A stretch of 64,000 nt of DNA. Source: a virus. Taxonomy: Duplodnaviria; Caudoviricetes. This document shows positions 9,037-16,361 of the stretch, piece by piece; within the stretch, counting starts at the first letter, position 1; every line of letters begins with the position of its first letter. The translations under genes and the position numbers were made by a program. Under the pieces are notes generated by a model that did not search any database, had not been told where the DNA came from, and saw only the letters and a program-made list of their open reading frames with translations. The stretch spans positions 2,058-66,057 of IMG/VR virus record IMGVR_UViG_3300020181_000012; one strand, given 5' to 3'.

Positions 9037-9383
9037 TTTACATATCTCCTATATTCTCTATTCTTATAGAGATTACTTTTCTTTTTAATTTGAATCCTTA
9101 ATTTAAGTAAAGCTTTATCCAATCTTTCTTTTTCTAAAGCCTTCTTCTCCTCTTCAAAATATCTTAATATTTCTATAGCTAAGGGAGTACCTCTATTAGC
9201 TTCGTATTTAATAATTTTATCAGTTACCATAGTAGTACCTCTTTCATGTCGTATTTCATATACTATATCAGAAGGATTACTAAGATATTTTATACATTCA
9301 TAATGTTCTGTATTATATAAAGAATTATATTGTGGATTATCTATTAACATTCCAATTCTTATTACTGCTAATCTTTTACTCAT
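9033..9383 (-). CDS. Hypothetical protein
   Basis: In-operon ORF, ATGA overlaps. Confidence 0.65.
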   Translation of the reverse strand: MSKRLAVIRIGMLIDNPQYNSLYNTEHYECIKYLSNPSDIVYEIRHERGTTMVTDKIIKYEANRGTPLAIEILRYFEEEKKALEKERLDKALLKLRIQIKKKSNLYKNREYRRYVK

Positions 9384-9826
9384 TTTAATTTGTTTAAGTA
9401 ATTACTAATATCATTAAATGAATCTGATACAAATAATAATTCTGTACCTTTATACATATGGAGTTTAAACTGTAAATCCGATTTATGGTAAAACTTAAGC
9501 TTATACATTCCATGTTTCTCTAATAGGTTAAGATATATAAAATCTTTCTTTCTCTTGGATTCCATATAACCCCAATTTCTAGATCTAGGAGAAGTATCTC
9601 TAAAGAATTTAAATCTAATATCTCCTTTAACACCAGATGCAAGTATTATCATTTGGAAATCAAATTCTATCATTCCTTGATAACCTGTAAGCATAACAAA
9701 TTTTGCTTGAGATTTCATATACTTAGTATTCATATCTTTGAATACATTTGCAATATCATTATTACTTAAAGTACTTGCTTTAGCTTGTTCATCTTTTACA
9801 TACTCAACTATTCCTTTTCTAGTCAT
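9380..9826 (-). CDS. Hypothetical protein
   Basis: In-operon ORF. Confidence 0.7.
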   Translation of the reverse strand: MTRKGIVEYVKDEQAKASTLSNNDIANVFKDMNTKYMKSQAKFVMLTGYQGMIEFDFQMIILASGVKGDIRFKFFRDTSPRSRNWGYMESKRKKDFIYLNLLEKHGMYKLKFYHKSDLQFKLHMYKGTELLFVSDSFNDISNYLNKLK

Positions 9827-9994
9827 ATCAGTTGTTTAATCTTTAGCCTTCTTTGGTAAAGGGGAGGAATAGAACCTACATATTTTTTCCCATTCACTCC
9901 TTAATACATATCTTCTTTCTCTTTTATTAGTCTTAGGATTAGTGAATGTAATATATATATTCTGTCCTCCCCTTGAGCTAAACTGGAGCTATCT

Positions 9995-10267
9995 TTATAC
10001 TTCTTCATATCTTAATATAAATCCTACTCTTTCTGCAATCATTATTGCTTCTCTAACGTCATGGTATCTTTTACCTACTAGATCTGTTATTCTATTGAGA
10101 TTAAGAATAATAATCTCTTTATTAACTCCTCTTGTACTCGGCCTCCATCCTCTTAAATCATGTCCTGATAATACAGGCTTATACTGCTCTGTTTGTCGAG
10201 GTAGTTCTTTATCTTGTAGAAAGATATGATAATCTTGTAGATAAGGTGTAATTACTAGTGTTTTCAT
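9995..10267 (-). CDS. Hypothetical protein
   Basis: In-operon ORF. Confidence 0.6.
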   Translation of the reverse strand: MKTLVITPYLQDYHIFLQDKELPRQTEQYKPVLSGHDLRGWRPSTRGVNKEIIILNLNRITDLVGKRYHDVREAIMIAERVGFILRYEEV

Positions 10268-10461
10268 TTAGTACATATGTTATAGGTTGTCATAAAATTT
10301 TCTTTTGTTCTATATTTAATTCCTTTACCTATTGATCCTATAAGTAAGGACATACTATGATGAGTTATCTTAAATCCTAATCTATTCATCTCGTCACACC
10401 ATTCACTCTCTGTTTTATATCTAGGATCATTAGGATTTTCTTCATGTCTGATGGTGAACAT
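10264..10461 (-). CDS. Hypothetical protein
   Basis: In-operon ORF. Confidence 0.55.
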   Translation of the reverse strand: MFTIRHEENPNDPRYKTESEWCDEMNRLGFKITHHSMSLLIGSIGKGIKYRTKENFMTTYNICTK

Positions 10462-10611
10462 TTACTTATCTTTTAATGTATTCATTACTAGTACTCCTAG
10501 AAAATATATCCCTGTTTTTAATAACAGGTATTCTGATTGTTTTGTAAATATCATACCTATTAGTATAAGTGTTATTAGTACTCTAGTTAATGTATTATAT
10601 AAGTTCTTCAT
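10462..10611 (-). CDS. 49-aa two-TM peptide
   Basis: Hand-found ORF MKNLYNTLTRVLITLILIGMIF...YFLGVLVMNTLKDK that exactly fills the gap. Confidence 0.55.
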   Translation of the reverse strand: MKNLYNTLTRVLITLILIGMIFTKQSEYLLLKTGIYFLGVLVMNTLKDK

Positions 10612-10612
10612 A

Positions 10613-10816
10613 TTAATCTTCTATTCTTATTATGAATGCTTTAATACTTGGTAATTCTACCTTATGGCTAAAATCAGCTCTAGGTGGAAGTTCAGGCCAA
10701 TCTATTTCTTCACCATTAAGACCTATTAATTTAGCAGGTCTATTCTTTATTCTCTTTTCTCTTTCAGCATCATAATGATCCTGAAGAAATTTACCTACAG
10801 GTGTATACATTTTCAT
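10613..10816 (-). CDS. Hypothetical protein
   Basis: In-operon ORF. Confidence 0.6.
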   Translation of the reverse strand: MKMYTPVGKFLQDHYDAEREKRIKNRPAKLIGLNGEEIDWPELPPRADFSHKVELPSIKAFIIRIED

Positions 10817-11097
10817 ATAAACTGATTTACAAATTTAATTGCCTTCTCTCTATCAGAGACATAATAATCTAATATCCAAACTCCTTTACTATCCCTCTCC
10901 CAATCTTGCATTTCTCTTATATCATTAAGAGATTCAAGTTTAAATTTCTTTTCCGTATCTACTATTACAATAGTACAATTATCATTAGCTGATCCTCTTA
11001 ATGTTTTATATTTAGAAGGAATTCTTTTAAATAGTTCATTAAGTTCTATTTCTTCTCTATAAGCTTTACCTATAGCATTTTCTTTAATTGTTCTCAT
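10813..11097 (-). CDS. Hypothetical protein, first gene of the leftward arm
   Basis: Leader AATCCAACTTAT shared with the gene starting at 7967. Confidence 0.65.
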   Translation of the reverse strand: MRTIKENAIGKAYREEIELNELFKRIPSKYKTLRGSANDNCTIVIVDTEKKFKLESLNDIREMQDWERDSKGVWILDYYVSDREKAIKFVNQFI

Positions 11098-11234
11098 ATA
11101 AGTTGGATTAAGTTTAAATTAAAATTTGGTTATATACCGGGAGTAGGGAACCCCCTACTTTCAACACCCCTCCTAAGTTTTGGGGAAACAAGTACCCGTG
11201 TCACATTTTAAACATATCAAAACATTTATTTCAC
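11098..11234. promoter_or_regulatory. Divergent control region with GC-rich branched hairpin
   Basis: Strand switch; AGTAGGG-aacc-CCCTACT (11142-11159), CCCC...GGGG (11167-11185), closed by CGGG/CCCG (11138-11141/11195-11198). Confidence 0.6.
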
Positions 11235-11528
11235 ATGAAAGCAACAGTTCAAGCATTTCGTCCAACACAATTTGGTTTCCAAGTTAAAACTGACAAGGGA
11301 ACTTACTATGTACCTTCTCAACTATTTCCTGCTGGTATTGATACTGGTGTGCAAGTTGAATTCGAAGAGCATAAGAAAGGTCAACCATATCCTGCATCAT
11401 TTGGTAAAGCTGGTGAATTCAAGCAAGATGGTATTCATGACATATTCATCGTTAGCACTACTGATCGTTTAGTTGCTGCTAATGCTGTATATACAGCTAA
11501 GATGCAATCTGCATTATCTGAAGCATAA
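11235..11528 (+). CDS. Small beta-rich protein, possible OB fold; first gene of the rightward arm
   Basis: FGFQVKTDKGTYYVP...GVQVEFE beta pattern; biased codon use (GCT, GGT, ACT, TTC); own terminator. Confidence 0.7.
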   Translation: MKATVQAFRPTQFGFQVKTDKGTYYVPSQLFPAGIDTGVQVEFEEHKKGQPYPASFGKAGEFKQDGIHDIFIVSTTDRLVAANAVYTAKMQSALSEA

Positions 11529-11529
11529 T

Positions 11530-11558
11530 GAGTTGGAGCGTAAGCTCCTTCTCTTTTT
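11530..11558 (+). terminator. Rho-independent terminator
   Basis: GGAGC-GTAA-GCTCC (GNRA loop) followed by ttctcttttt. Confidence 0.75.
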
Positions 11559-11580
11559 AATACTCATACTAACACATTAC

Positions 11581-11673
11581 ATGACTGAACTAGAAATTAT
11601 CAATGAAACCTTTCAATGGCTGTTTATAATACTTGCACTTGGATGGTCACTAGTCAATATGTTTTACAATTAA
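11581..11673 (+). CDS. 30-aa TM peptide
   Basis: MTELEIINETFQWLFIILALGWSLVNMFYN; ATG at 11581 with A/C-rich leader. Confidence 0.5.
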   Translation: MTELEIINETFQWLFIILALGWSLVNMFYN

Positions 11674-11699
11674 TTCTCACACTATAACACATTACAACT

Positions 11700-11777
11700 A
11701 TGATTATCAACGGAATTTATTACTCAGTTAGATCTAGAAAGCAAATTGCTAACCTATTTGTTGATCTAAGAGACTAA
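11700..11777 (+). CDS. 25-aa peptide
   Basis: MIINGIYYSVRSRKQIANLFVDLRD; A/C-rich leader. Confidence 0.4.
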   Translation: MIINGIYYSVRSRKQIANLFVDLRD

Positions 11778-11850
11778 ACAACTGCTCTGTATCAGGAAAA
11801 AATCTTTAATTTTATGAGTTAATAGATGAGTAACTTGATGCAGAGCTGTT
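11777..11850 (+). other. Long intergenic stem-loop
   Basis: GCTCTGTATCA/TGATGCAGAGC 11-bp stem plus AACA/TGTT. Confidence 0.6.
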
Positions 11851-11973
11851 ACCCTGAATACCTTATTACCCTGTTATTCAACTTAAACTTCACACTCAAT
11901 ATAATATATCAATCTTATTGAGCATAACACTCAATAACCTCAAATATAACCAACATTTCAAACAACTATTATT

Positions 11974-12069
11974 ATGCAATCACAACTCAAACAATCAATC
12001 AGAATAGCTAAACAACGTCAAATCAAACAAGCTATTAACAATATCAAGCAGAATATCTTCATATTCTAA
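11974..12069 (+). CDS. 31-aa basic peptide (paralog of 23887-24015)
   Basis: MQSQLKQSIRIAKQRQIKQAINNIKQNIFIF; shares K..QIK.AI...K...(F/Y)IF with the antisense peptide. Confidence 0.6.
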   Translation: MQSQLKQSIRIAKQRQIKQAINNIKQNIFIF

Positions 12070-12329
12070 CCTTGCCAACAATCAGTCTTAGCAAGCTCTC
12101 TTGATTTAATTGTAATCCAATGTCTCTCATAAGATAATTGCTGCTTAATATATTCAAGATCTTTAAGATAATAATTAACAGCAAGCTTAACATACATCTC
12201 ATAAACATAACCACGATTAAGATTATGTTCTTTCATATTCTTAATCAGAGTGTTAATCAACTTTTTATTATCAGGCATTACCTTAATAGGAACAAATGTG
12301 AGATTGGTGAAGTTTAAATCATGCCACAA
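12066..12329 (-). CDS. Hypothetical protein, isolated antisense gene in the early region
   Basis: No competing plus-strand ORF here; the start may be the internal ATG (MPDNKK...). Confidence 0.5.
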   Translation of the reverse strand: MWHDLNFTNLTFVPIKVMPDNKKLINTLIKNMKEHNLNRGYVYEMYVKLAVNYYLKDLEYIKQQLSYERHWITIKSRELAKTDCWQG

Positions 12330-12465
12330 GTTCGGTTTATTTTATGAGATTATTCGAAGAATCGTACGTAATATTCCAAGAATATTGAGGCATTATACGC
12401 CTAATTTATAACAATTATATATAATATTTATAGTAATATCACAATATAATCAACACATTAATAAA

Positions 12466-12603
12466 ATGAATAAGTATTTAATAGTAAAAGCAAATGGTGA
12501 AATCATAGTATTAAATGCCTATTTTATTCAGGATTTAATTACAACACTAAAGAATGACTATAAATGGCTTGATACTGATATAACACATATAATCAAGCTA
12601 TAA
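12466..12603 (+). CDS. 45-aa hypothetical peptide
   Basis: Hand-found ORF downstream of a TATCACAATAT motif. Confidence 0.5.
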   Translation: MNKYLIVKANGEIIVLNAYFIQDLITTLKNDYKWLDTDITHIIKL

Positions 12604-12652
12604 AATTAATATTAACTTAAAAGCGTAAGACTACGATACAGTCAACAATACA

Positions 12653-12853
12653 ATGAGAATAATACTACAAAGAAGTCCTGACTCAGCTATACTTATAGAT
12701 ATTGGATATAATACTAAATTACATAGTTCTATGTATTGGTTATCTATTGATAGAGCGTATTATGAATATAATGAAAAAGATTATAGCCGAAGGCTAGTAC
12801 ATGCAAATAGTTTATTTACATGTTTTAAGCACTATAAGTATTGGAATAAATAA
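12653..12853 (+). CDS. Hypothetical protein
   Basis: Early-region ORF. Confidence 0.55.
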   Translation: MRIILQRSPDSAILIDIGYNTKLHSSMYWLSIDRAYYEYNEKDYSRRLVHANSLFTCFKHYKYWNK

Positions 12854-12862
12854 GAAATAATT

Positions 12863-13039
12863 ATGAAATACGCAATTATATTAAAGACTAAGAGAAATGT
12901 ATATCTAGTAGGCTTTACTAATGATCCAATAATACGAGATAATAAACATCCAATTGGAGAAAGATATACAATAGAACTAAAGGAGTTTGATAATTTGTTT
13001 ATTCCTTTAGAAGGAGATGCTGCTGTATACTTATCTTAA
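12863..13039 (+). CDS. 58-aa hypothetical protein
   Basis: Hand-found ORF MKYAIILKTKRNVYLVGF... Confidence 0.5.
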   Translation: MKYAIILKTKRNVYLVGFTNDPIIRDNKHPIGERYTIELKEFDNLFIPLEGDAAVYLS

Positions 13040-13047
13040 TAATCTTT

Positions 13048-13087
13048 TAAGTTAGCCCAATATCATTAATATGTGAGGGCTAACTTA
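13048..13087 (+). other. Stem-loop abutting the TATCACAATAT motif
   Basis: TAAGTTAGCCC/GGGCTAACTTA perfect 11-bp stem. Confidence 0.7.
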
Positions 13088-13122
13088 TATCACAATATAA
13101 ACTATAACTAAACTATAACAAC

Positions 13123-13590
13123 ATGGAAGCAATATATAAACTAATAGTAGCAGATACAAGTAAAGATGTAATTTCATTATACCTTAAACGTATAGTTTTA
13201 ACTATAACTGAGTTTGAGAATAATGCATTCAGAAGATTAGATACAATAATATCTTATGAAAGGTTCGGATATAAGTTAGTATATAATAAAGATATTATTG
13301 AATTATATGAGGCAGAATCATATACAGTATCTAAAGAAGAAAGGAAAGAAATATATAAATCGGCTTTACATCTAATTAATACAGGACAAAATAGATTCTG
13401 CTGTGATGCTATTGGAGTAGTAATACAAAAAGAATATCTACCAGTATTTCCGTTTGGAGCTGTAACCAAAGATTTATTTCCTGAGTTACATTCATTTAAA
13501 CCAGCAAATCATGGAATGGTATGGTGGTCAATGGAGGACAAGGATATTAGAATAAGAGTATTAACTAAATGTATAGAAATGTGTGAATGA
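13123..13590 (+). CDS. Hypothetical protein (FPEL..FKP/WW/CxEMC-type C-terminus)
   Basis: C-terminus resembles that of 14149-14403. Confidence 0.7.
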   Translation: MEAIYKLIVADTSKDVISLYLKRIVLTITEFENNAFRRLDTIISYERFGYKLVYNKDIIELYEAESYTVSKEERKEIYKSALHLINTGQNRFCCDAIGVVIQKEYLPVFPFGAVTKDLFPELHSFKPANHGMVWWSMEDKDIRIRVLTKCIEMCE

Positions 13591-13921
13591 TATGAAAAAG
13601 ATAATATTTATATTACTAATACTTACAGGTTGTAAATATAAAGAGCCAGAGACTAAATGGTTTGAATATGAAATAACTAATCTAAGAATAGATGATGATT
13701 CTGAATATCATTTTACATATACAAATCCAAGAACAGGATATGTAGAATCAGAAGATGATGTTTATACTGTAGAGGTATACAGAAATAATATATCTAAACC
13801 TATTTATAGAAAGCTATTACAAGAACTGACTCAATCAGGTAAGAAGTATTGGGTTAATACAGGAACAACACCTCAAATCATATTACCTATAAACTATAAA
13901 ATAGAAACATTTGATGATTAA
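13583..13921 (+). CDS. Putative lipoprotein
   Basis: MKKIIFILLILTG-C lipobox; likely start at the second Met. Confidence 0.7.
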   Translation: MNDMKKIIFILLILTGCKYKEPETKWFEYEITNLRIDDDSEYHFTYTNPRTGYVESEDDVYTVEVYRNNISKPIYRKLLQELTQSGKKYWVNTGTTPQIILPINYKIETFDD

Positions 13922-13924
13922 ACT

Positions 13925-14146
13925 ATGAGATGTAAACTAATATTACCACAAGATAATAGAGATCCTGATTCAATAAACGTATTTGAACAGAGATTTAAGA
14001 ATATAATGGGTAAAGAATTAACTGATTGGATGCTCATGTGTAAAATGCTAGATTTAGATGATTCTATTATATGGACAGATGGAGAATATAGATTAAGTAT
14101 AAGAGCAGATGATCCATTCTATAAGTTATATAAAATAGATAAATAA
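13925..14146 (+). CDS. Hypothetical protein
   Basis: Early-region ORF. Confidence 0.6.
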   Translation: MRCKLILPQDNRDPDSINVFEQRFKNIMGKELTDWMLMCKMLDLDDSIIWTDGEYRLSIRADDPFYKLYKIDK

Positions 14147-14148
14147 TT

Positions 14149-14403
14149 ATGACTAAAAAACAAACTATAAGTAAGTATAGAAAAAGATTTATATACTTAG
14201 TGTGGGCAAATAGGGTGTATAATGGTAGAAAAACATATTTAAGTACAGATACATTATCACAACTTAGTGAAGAGTTAGCACTATTTTGGCCACATAGATA
14301 TGGATCTATGAATGTAGATCTTTATACATCACAAGAACAAGCAGATAAGAATAGAGAAGCTAAAGTATTCTGCTTATTACTATGTGCAGAGATGTGTAAA
14401 TAA
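14149..14403 (+). CDS. Hypothetical protein
   Basis: Ends R...FCLLLCAEMCK, similar to 13123-13590. Confidence 0.6.
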   Translation: MTKKQTISKYRKRFIYLVWANRVYNGRKTYLSTDTLSQLSEELALFWPHRYGSMNVDLYTSQEQADKNREAKVFCLLLCAEMCK

Positions 14404-14432
14404 TTCTCCCCTTTACAAATAATAGTACAACT

Positions 14433-14663
14433 ATGATAACACTTATAAATATAAATGATAGTAGACTAGTAACACCTGGAGTAACTCTAGAATCAGTAGA
14501 GAGATCGGATATAAAATCTACTGATGTTATAGATCAACCTGATATGTTAATAGTATATGATTGTAAAAGCTTTAAGATATTAAAAAATAGGAGAACATAT
14601 CCTCTACCATTTGTAGTATATCCTATACATGTACTTGGTAGTATTGGATCATTAATTTATTAA
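14433..14663 (+). CDS. Hypothetical protein
   Basis: Early-region ORF. Confidence 0.55.
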   Translation: MITLININDSRLVTPGVTLESVERSDIKSTDVIDQPDMLIVYDCKSFKILKNRRTYPLPFVVYPIHVLGSIGSLIY

Positions 14664-14670
14664 CAATCTC

Positions 14671-14781
14671 AAGATCTATTTGGAGATAGATGTTAGGTAG
14701 ACATAAGTATAACATACTTTGAGAAATGTATATTATACGTCGTAATATATCCTAGCTATAACTATCTCCTTATTAGATCTT
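14671..14781 (+). ncRNA. Multibranch structured intergenic element
   Basis: AAGATCTA/TAGATCTT, GGAGATAG/CTATCTCC, TTAGG/CCTAG nested helices with two inner hairpins. Confidence 0.5.
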
Positions 14782-14810
14782 AAACTTATCACAATATAAA
14801 CTACAAATAA

Positions 14811-15095
14811 ATGGATCAACTTCAAAACACAAAGGACGATTTAAGAAATCTTCTATTATATGTTAGAGCTATATACGAAGTATGGAAAAGACCTCATTAT
14901 ATAACATTAGAGGTATTAATACAGAATATAATAGCAAGAATTAAAGAGCCAGATTTAGGAAGAGATGAAATACACAAATGTCTACAGGCTGTAGAAGCAT
15001 GGTATAATTTTAACCCAAAAGACCATGTTGGAGAGACAGTATATAAGGAATTAGATATGATAATTCAGGGTTATTATATGTCAAATAATTTATAA
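14811..15095 (+). CDS. Hypothetical protein
   Basis: Preceded by TATCACAATATAA. Confidence 0.65.
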   Translation: MDQLQNTKDDLRNLLLYVRAIYEVWKRPHYITLEVLIQNIIARIKEPDLGRDEIHKCLQAVEAWYNFNPKDHVGETVYKELDMIIQGYYMSNNL

Positions 15096-15105
15096 ATATC
15101 ACAAC

Positions 15106-15327
15106 ATGAAAATGATTAATAAAGAAATCAATTCTGATGGTACAACTACTATTAGTGTTGCATATGAAAAAACACATTGGCTATTCTTTAAAAAAGTAGT
15201 TGTAAAGAAATATAAAGCTACTAGAAGATTAGTAGCGGAGTATTGGGTTTGGGTAGAACTACCTGACTATACAAGGGTAGGAGATAGATTATCATTCCAA
15301 TTAGATGAATGGAATAGAATGAAGTAA
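15106..15327 (+). CDS. Hypothetical protein
   Basis: Preceded by TATCACAAC-ATG. Confidence 0.65.
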   Translation: MKMINKEINSDGTTTISVAYEKTHWLFFKKVVVKKYKATRRLVAEYWVWVELPDYTRVGDRLSFQLDEWNRMK

Positions 15328-15330
15328 AAT

Positions 15331-15408
15331 ATTAGTCCATATCCAATTAGGCAGGACAGCATGAGTATACTAGTGTTGGTCAAGGGTCTTAACCTTGTAT
15401 GGACTAAT
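15331..15408 (+). ncRNA. tRNA-like cloverleaf (non-canonical)
   Basis: 11-bp acceptor-like helix, D-like arm TCC-AATTAGGCA-GGA, extended middle arm, T-like arm CAAGG-GTCTTAA-CCTTG; no CCA. Confidence 0.5.
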
Positions 15409-15424
15409 TATTAAATATCACAAT

Positions 15425-15613
15425 ATGGAAAACAATAAGAAATATGTAGTATTAGAACATCTAACACTACCAGATAGAGGATTAAGATTCTGGTCCTGCA
15501 CTAATGAGAACATAAATCTAGAATGGTATAAGATTATACTATATACAGATGATGAAGAAGAAGCAATTAAGAATTGCACAGATCACAATTTAACACGGAT
15601 AATAAAAATATAA
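15425..15613 (+). CDS. Hypothetical protein
   Basis: ATG at 15425 embedded in TATCACAAT-ATG; the track start at 15395 lies inside the cloverleaf. Confidence 0.6.
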   Translation: MENNKKYVVLEHLTLPDRGLRFWSCTNENINLEWYKIILYTDDEEEAIKNCTDHNLTRIIKI

Positions 15614-15622
15614 GATAACTAT

Positions 15623-15799
15623 ATGAACTTAATAATCTATATATTTTTGATTTATGTCTTATGTATGCTATTCGTAGCCATTAAAATAAGAAACACGAGT
15701 GAATTGAAAAGATATTTTATTCTAATATTTCTAGCACCATTTACCATAATATTTATTATTTTTAGTAAGGTTATAATAGGTGATTGGTTAGATGAATAA
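15623..15799 (+). CDS. 58-aa two-TM peptide
   Basis: Hand-found ORF MNLIIYIFLIYVLCMLFVAIKIRN...FILIFLAPFTIIFIIF. Confidence 0.55.
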   Translation: MNLIIYIFLIYVLCMLFVAIKIRNTSELKRYFILIFLAPFTIIFIIFSKVIIGDWLDE

Positions 15800-15803
15800 G
15801 ATC

Positions 15804-15998
15804 TTTATCCTGCTTGAAGTCAAACGGTAACAATAGTAGGTGCGAGTCCTACACTTGAAGAAATTCCGCAAGATAAGTTACAGTTATTCCAGTAGCGTTG
15901 TTTGATGTATATAGGTAATAGTCCAAACGGTTAATGGTAAGGTAAGCTCTTACTATCTTAGTAGGTATTACTCCATGCTGGAACATGGACAGGATAAA
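15804..15998 (+). ncRNA. Candidate structured ncRNA with T-loop and pseudoknot
   Basis: TTTATCCTG/CAGGATAAA closing helix; GTAGG-TGCGAGT-CCTAC; TCCATG-CTGGAA-CATGGA loop complementary to TTCCAG at 15887; no ORF. Confidence 0.6.
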
Positions 15999-16009
15999 TT
16001 ATTAAAAAT

Positions 16010-16141
16010 ATACTAATAGTTGATACTATATAAGGAAGAACACTTATATAGTCAGCTCTGGCTTGAAAGACTGCTAGGCAGTAATAACAAGTAAGCTAAT
16101 AACCTGATAGTAGTGGCGTCCTATAAATCAACTATTAGTAT
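16010..16141 (+). ncRNA. Second structured RNA domain
   Basis: Perfect 14-bp ATACTAATAGTTGA/TCAACTATTAGTAT helix enclosing several hairpins; no ORF. Confidence 0.55.
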
Positions 16142-16160
16142 TTTAAATTAAATAAGATAT

Positions 16161-16358
16161 ATGAATATAAAAGAACAAAACTCATCATTATATTACTATC
16201 TATTAGATTGTAAAAATGAAATTATAATGGGACCTAATAATAAATTCGTTGAAGAATTAATATTCAAGAGAATAGAGGAATTAGATAAGGATACCTTACT
16301 AAAAATTATGGAAATAGCTACTGAAATACGTAAAGATCAATTAGCAAATATAGTATAG
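16161..16358 (+). CDS. Hypothetical protein
   Basis: Early-region ORF. Confidence 0.55.
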   Translation: MNIKEQNSSLYYYLLDCKNEIIMGPNNKFVEELIFKRIEELDKDTLLKIMEIATEIRKDQLANIV

Positions 16359-16361
16359 CAT

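Noticed and set aside
2275-10654. Plus-strand track ORFs 2275, 7015, 7410, 8503, 9942, 10451 and minus-strand 6751
   Set aside because: Shadow or alternative-frame ORFs over better-supported genes
11272-11673. Track ORFs 11272-11472 and 11473-11673 as annotated
   Set aside because: The first is an alternative frame of 11235; the second spans a terminator and is better started at ATG 11581
14786-14794. TTATCACAA as DnaA boxes
   Set aside because: Does not match TTATNCACA, and the copies are tied to start codons rather than clustered
15366-15373. CTA in the cloverleaf as an amber-suppressor anticodon for the TAG at 22197
   Set aside because: The loop is not 7 nt, there is no U33, and no CCA or canonical D/T contacts
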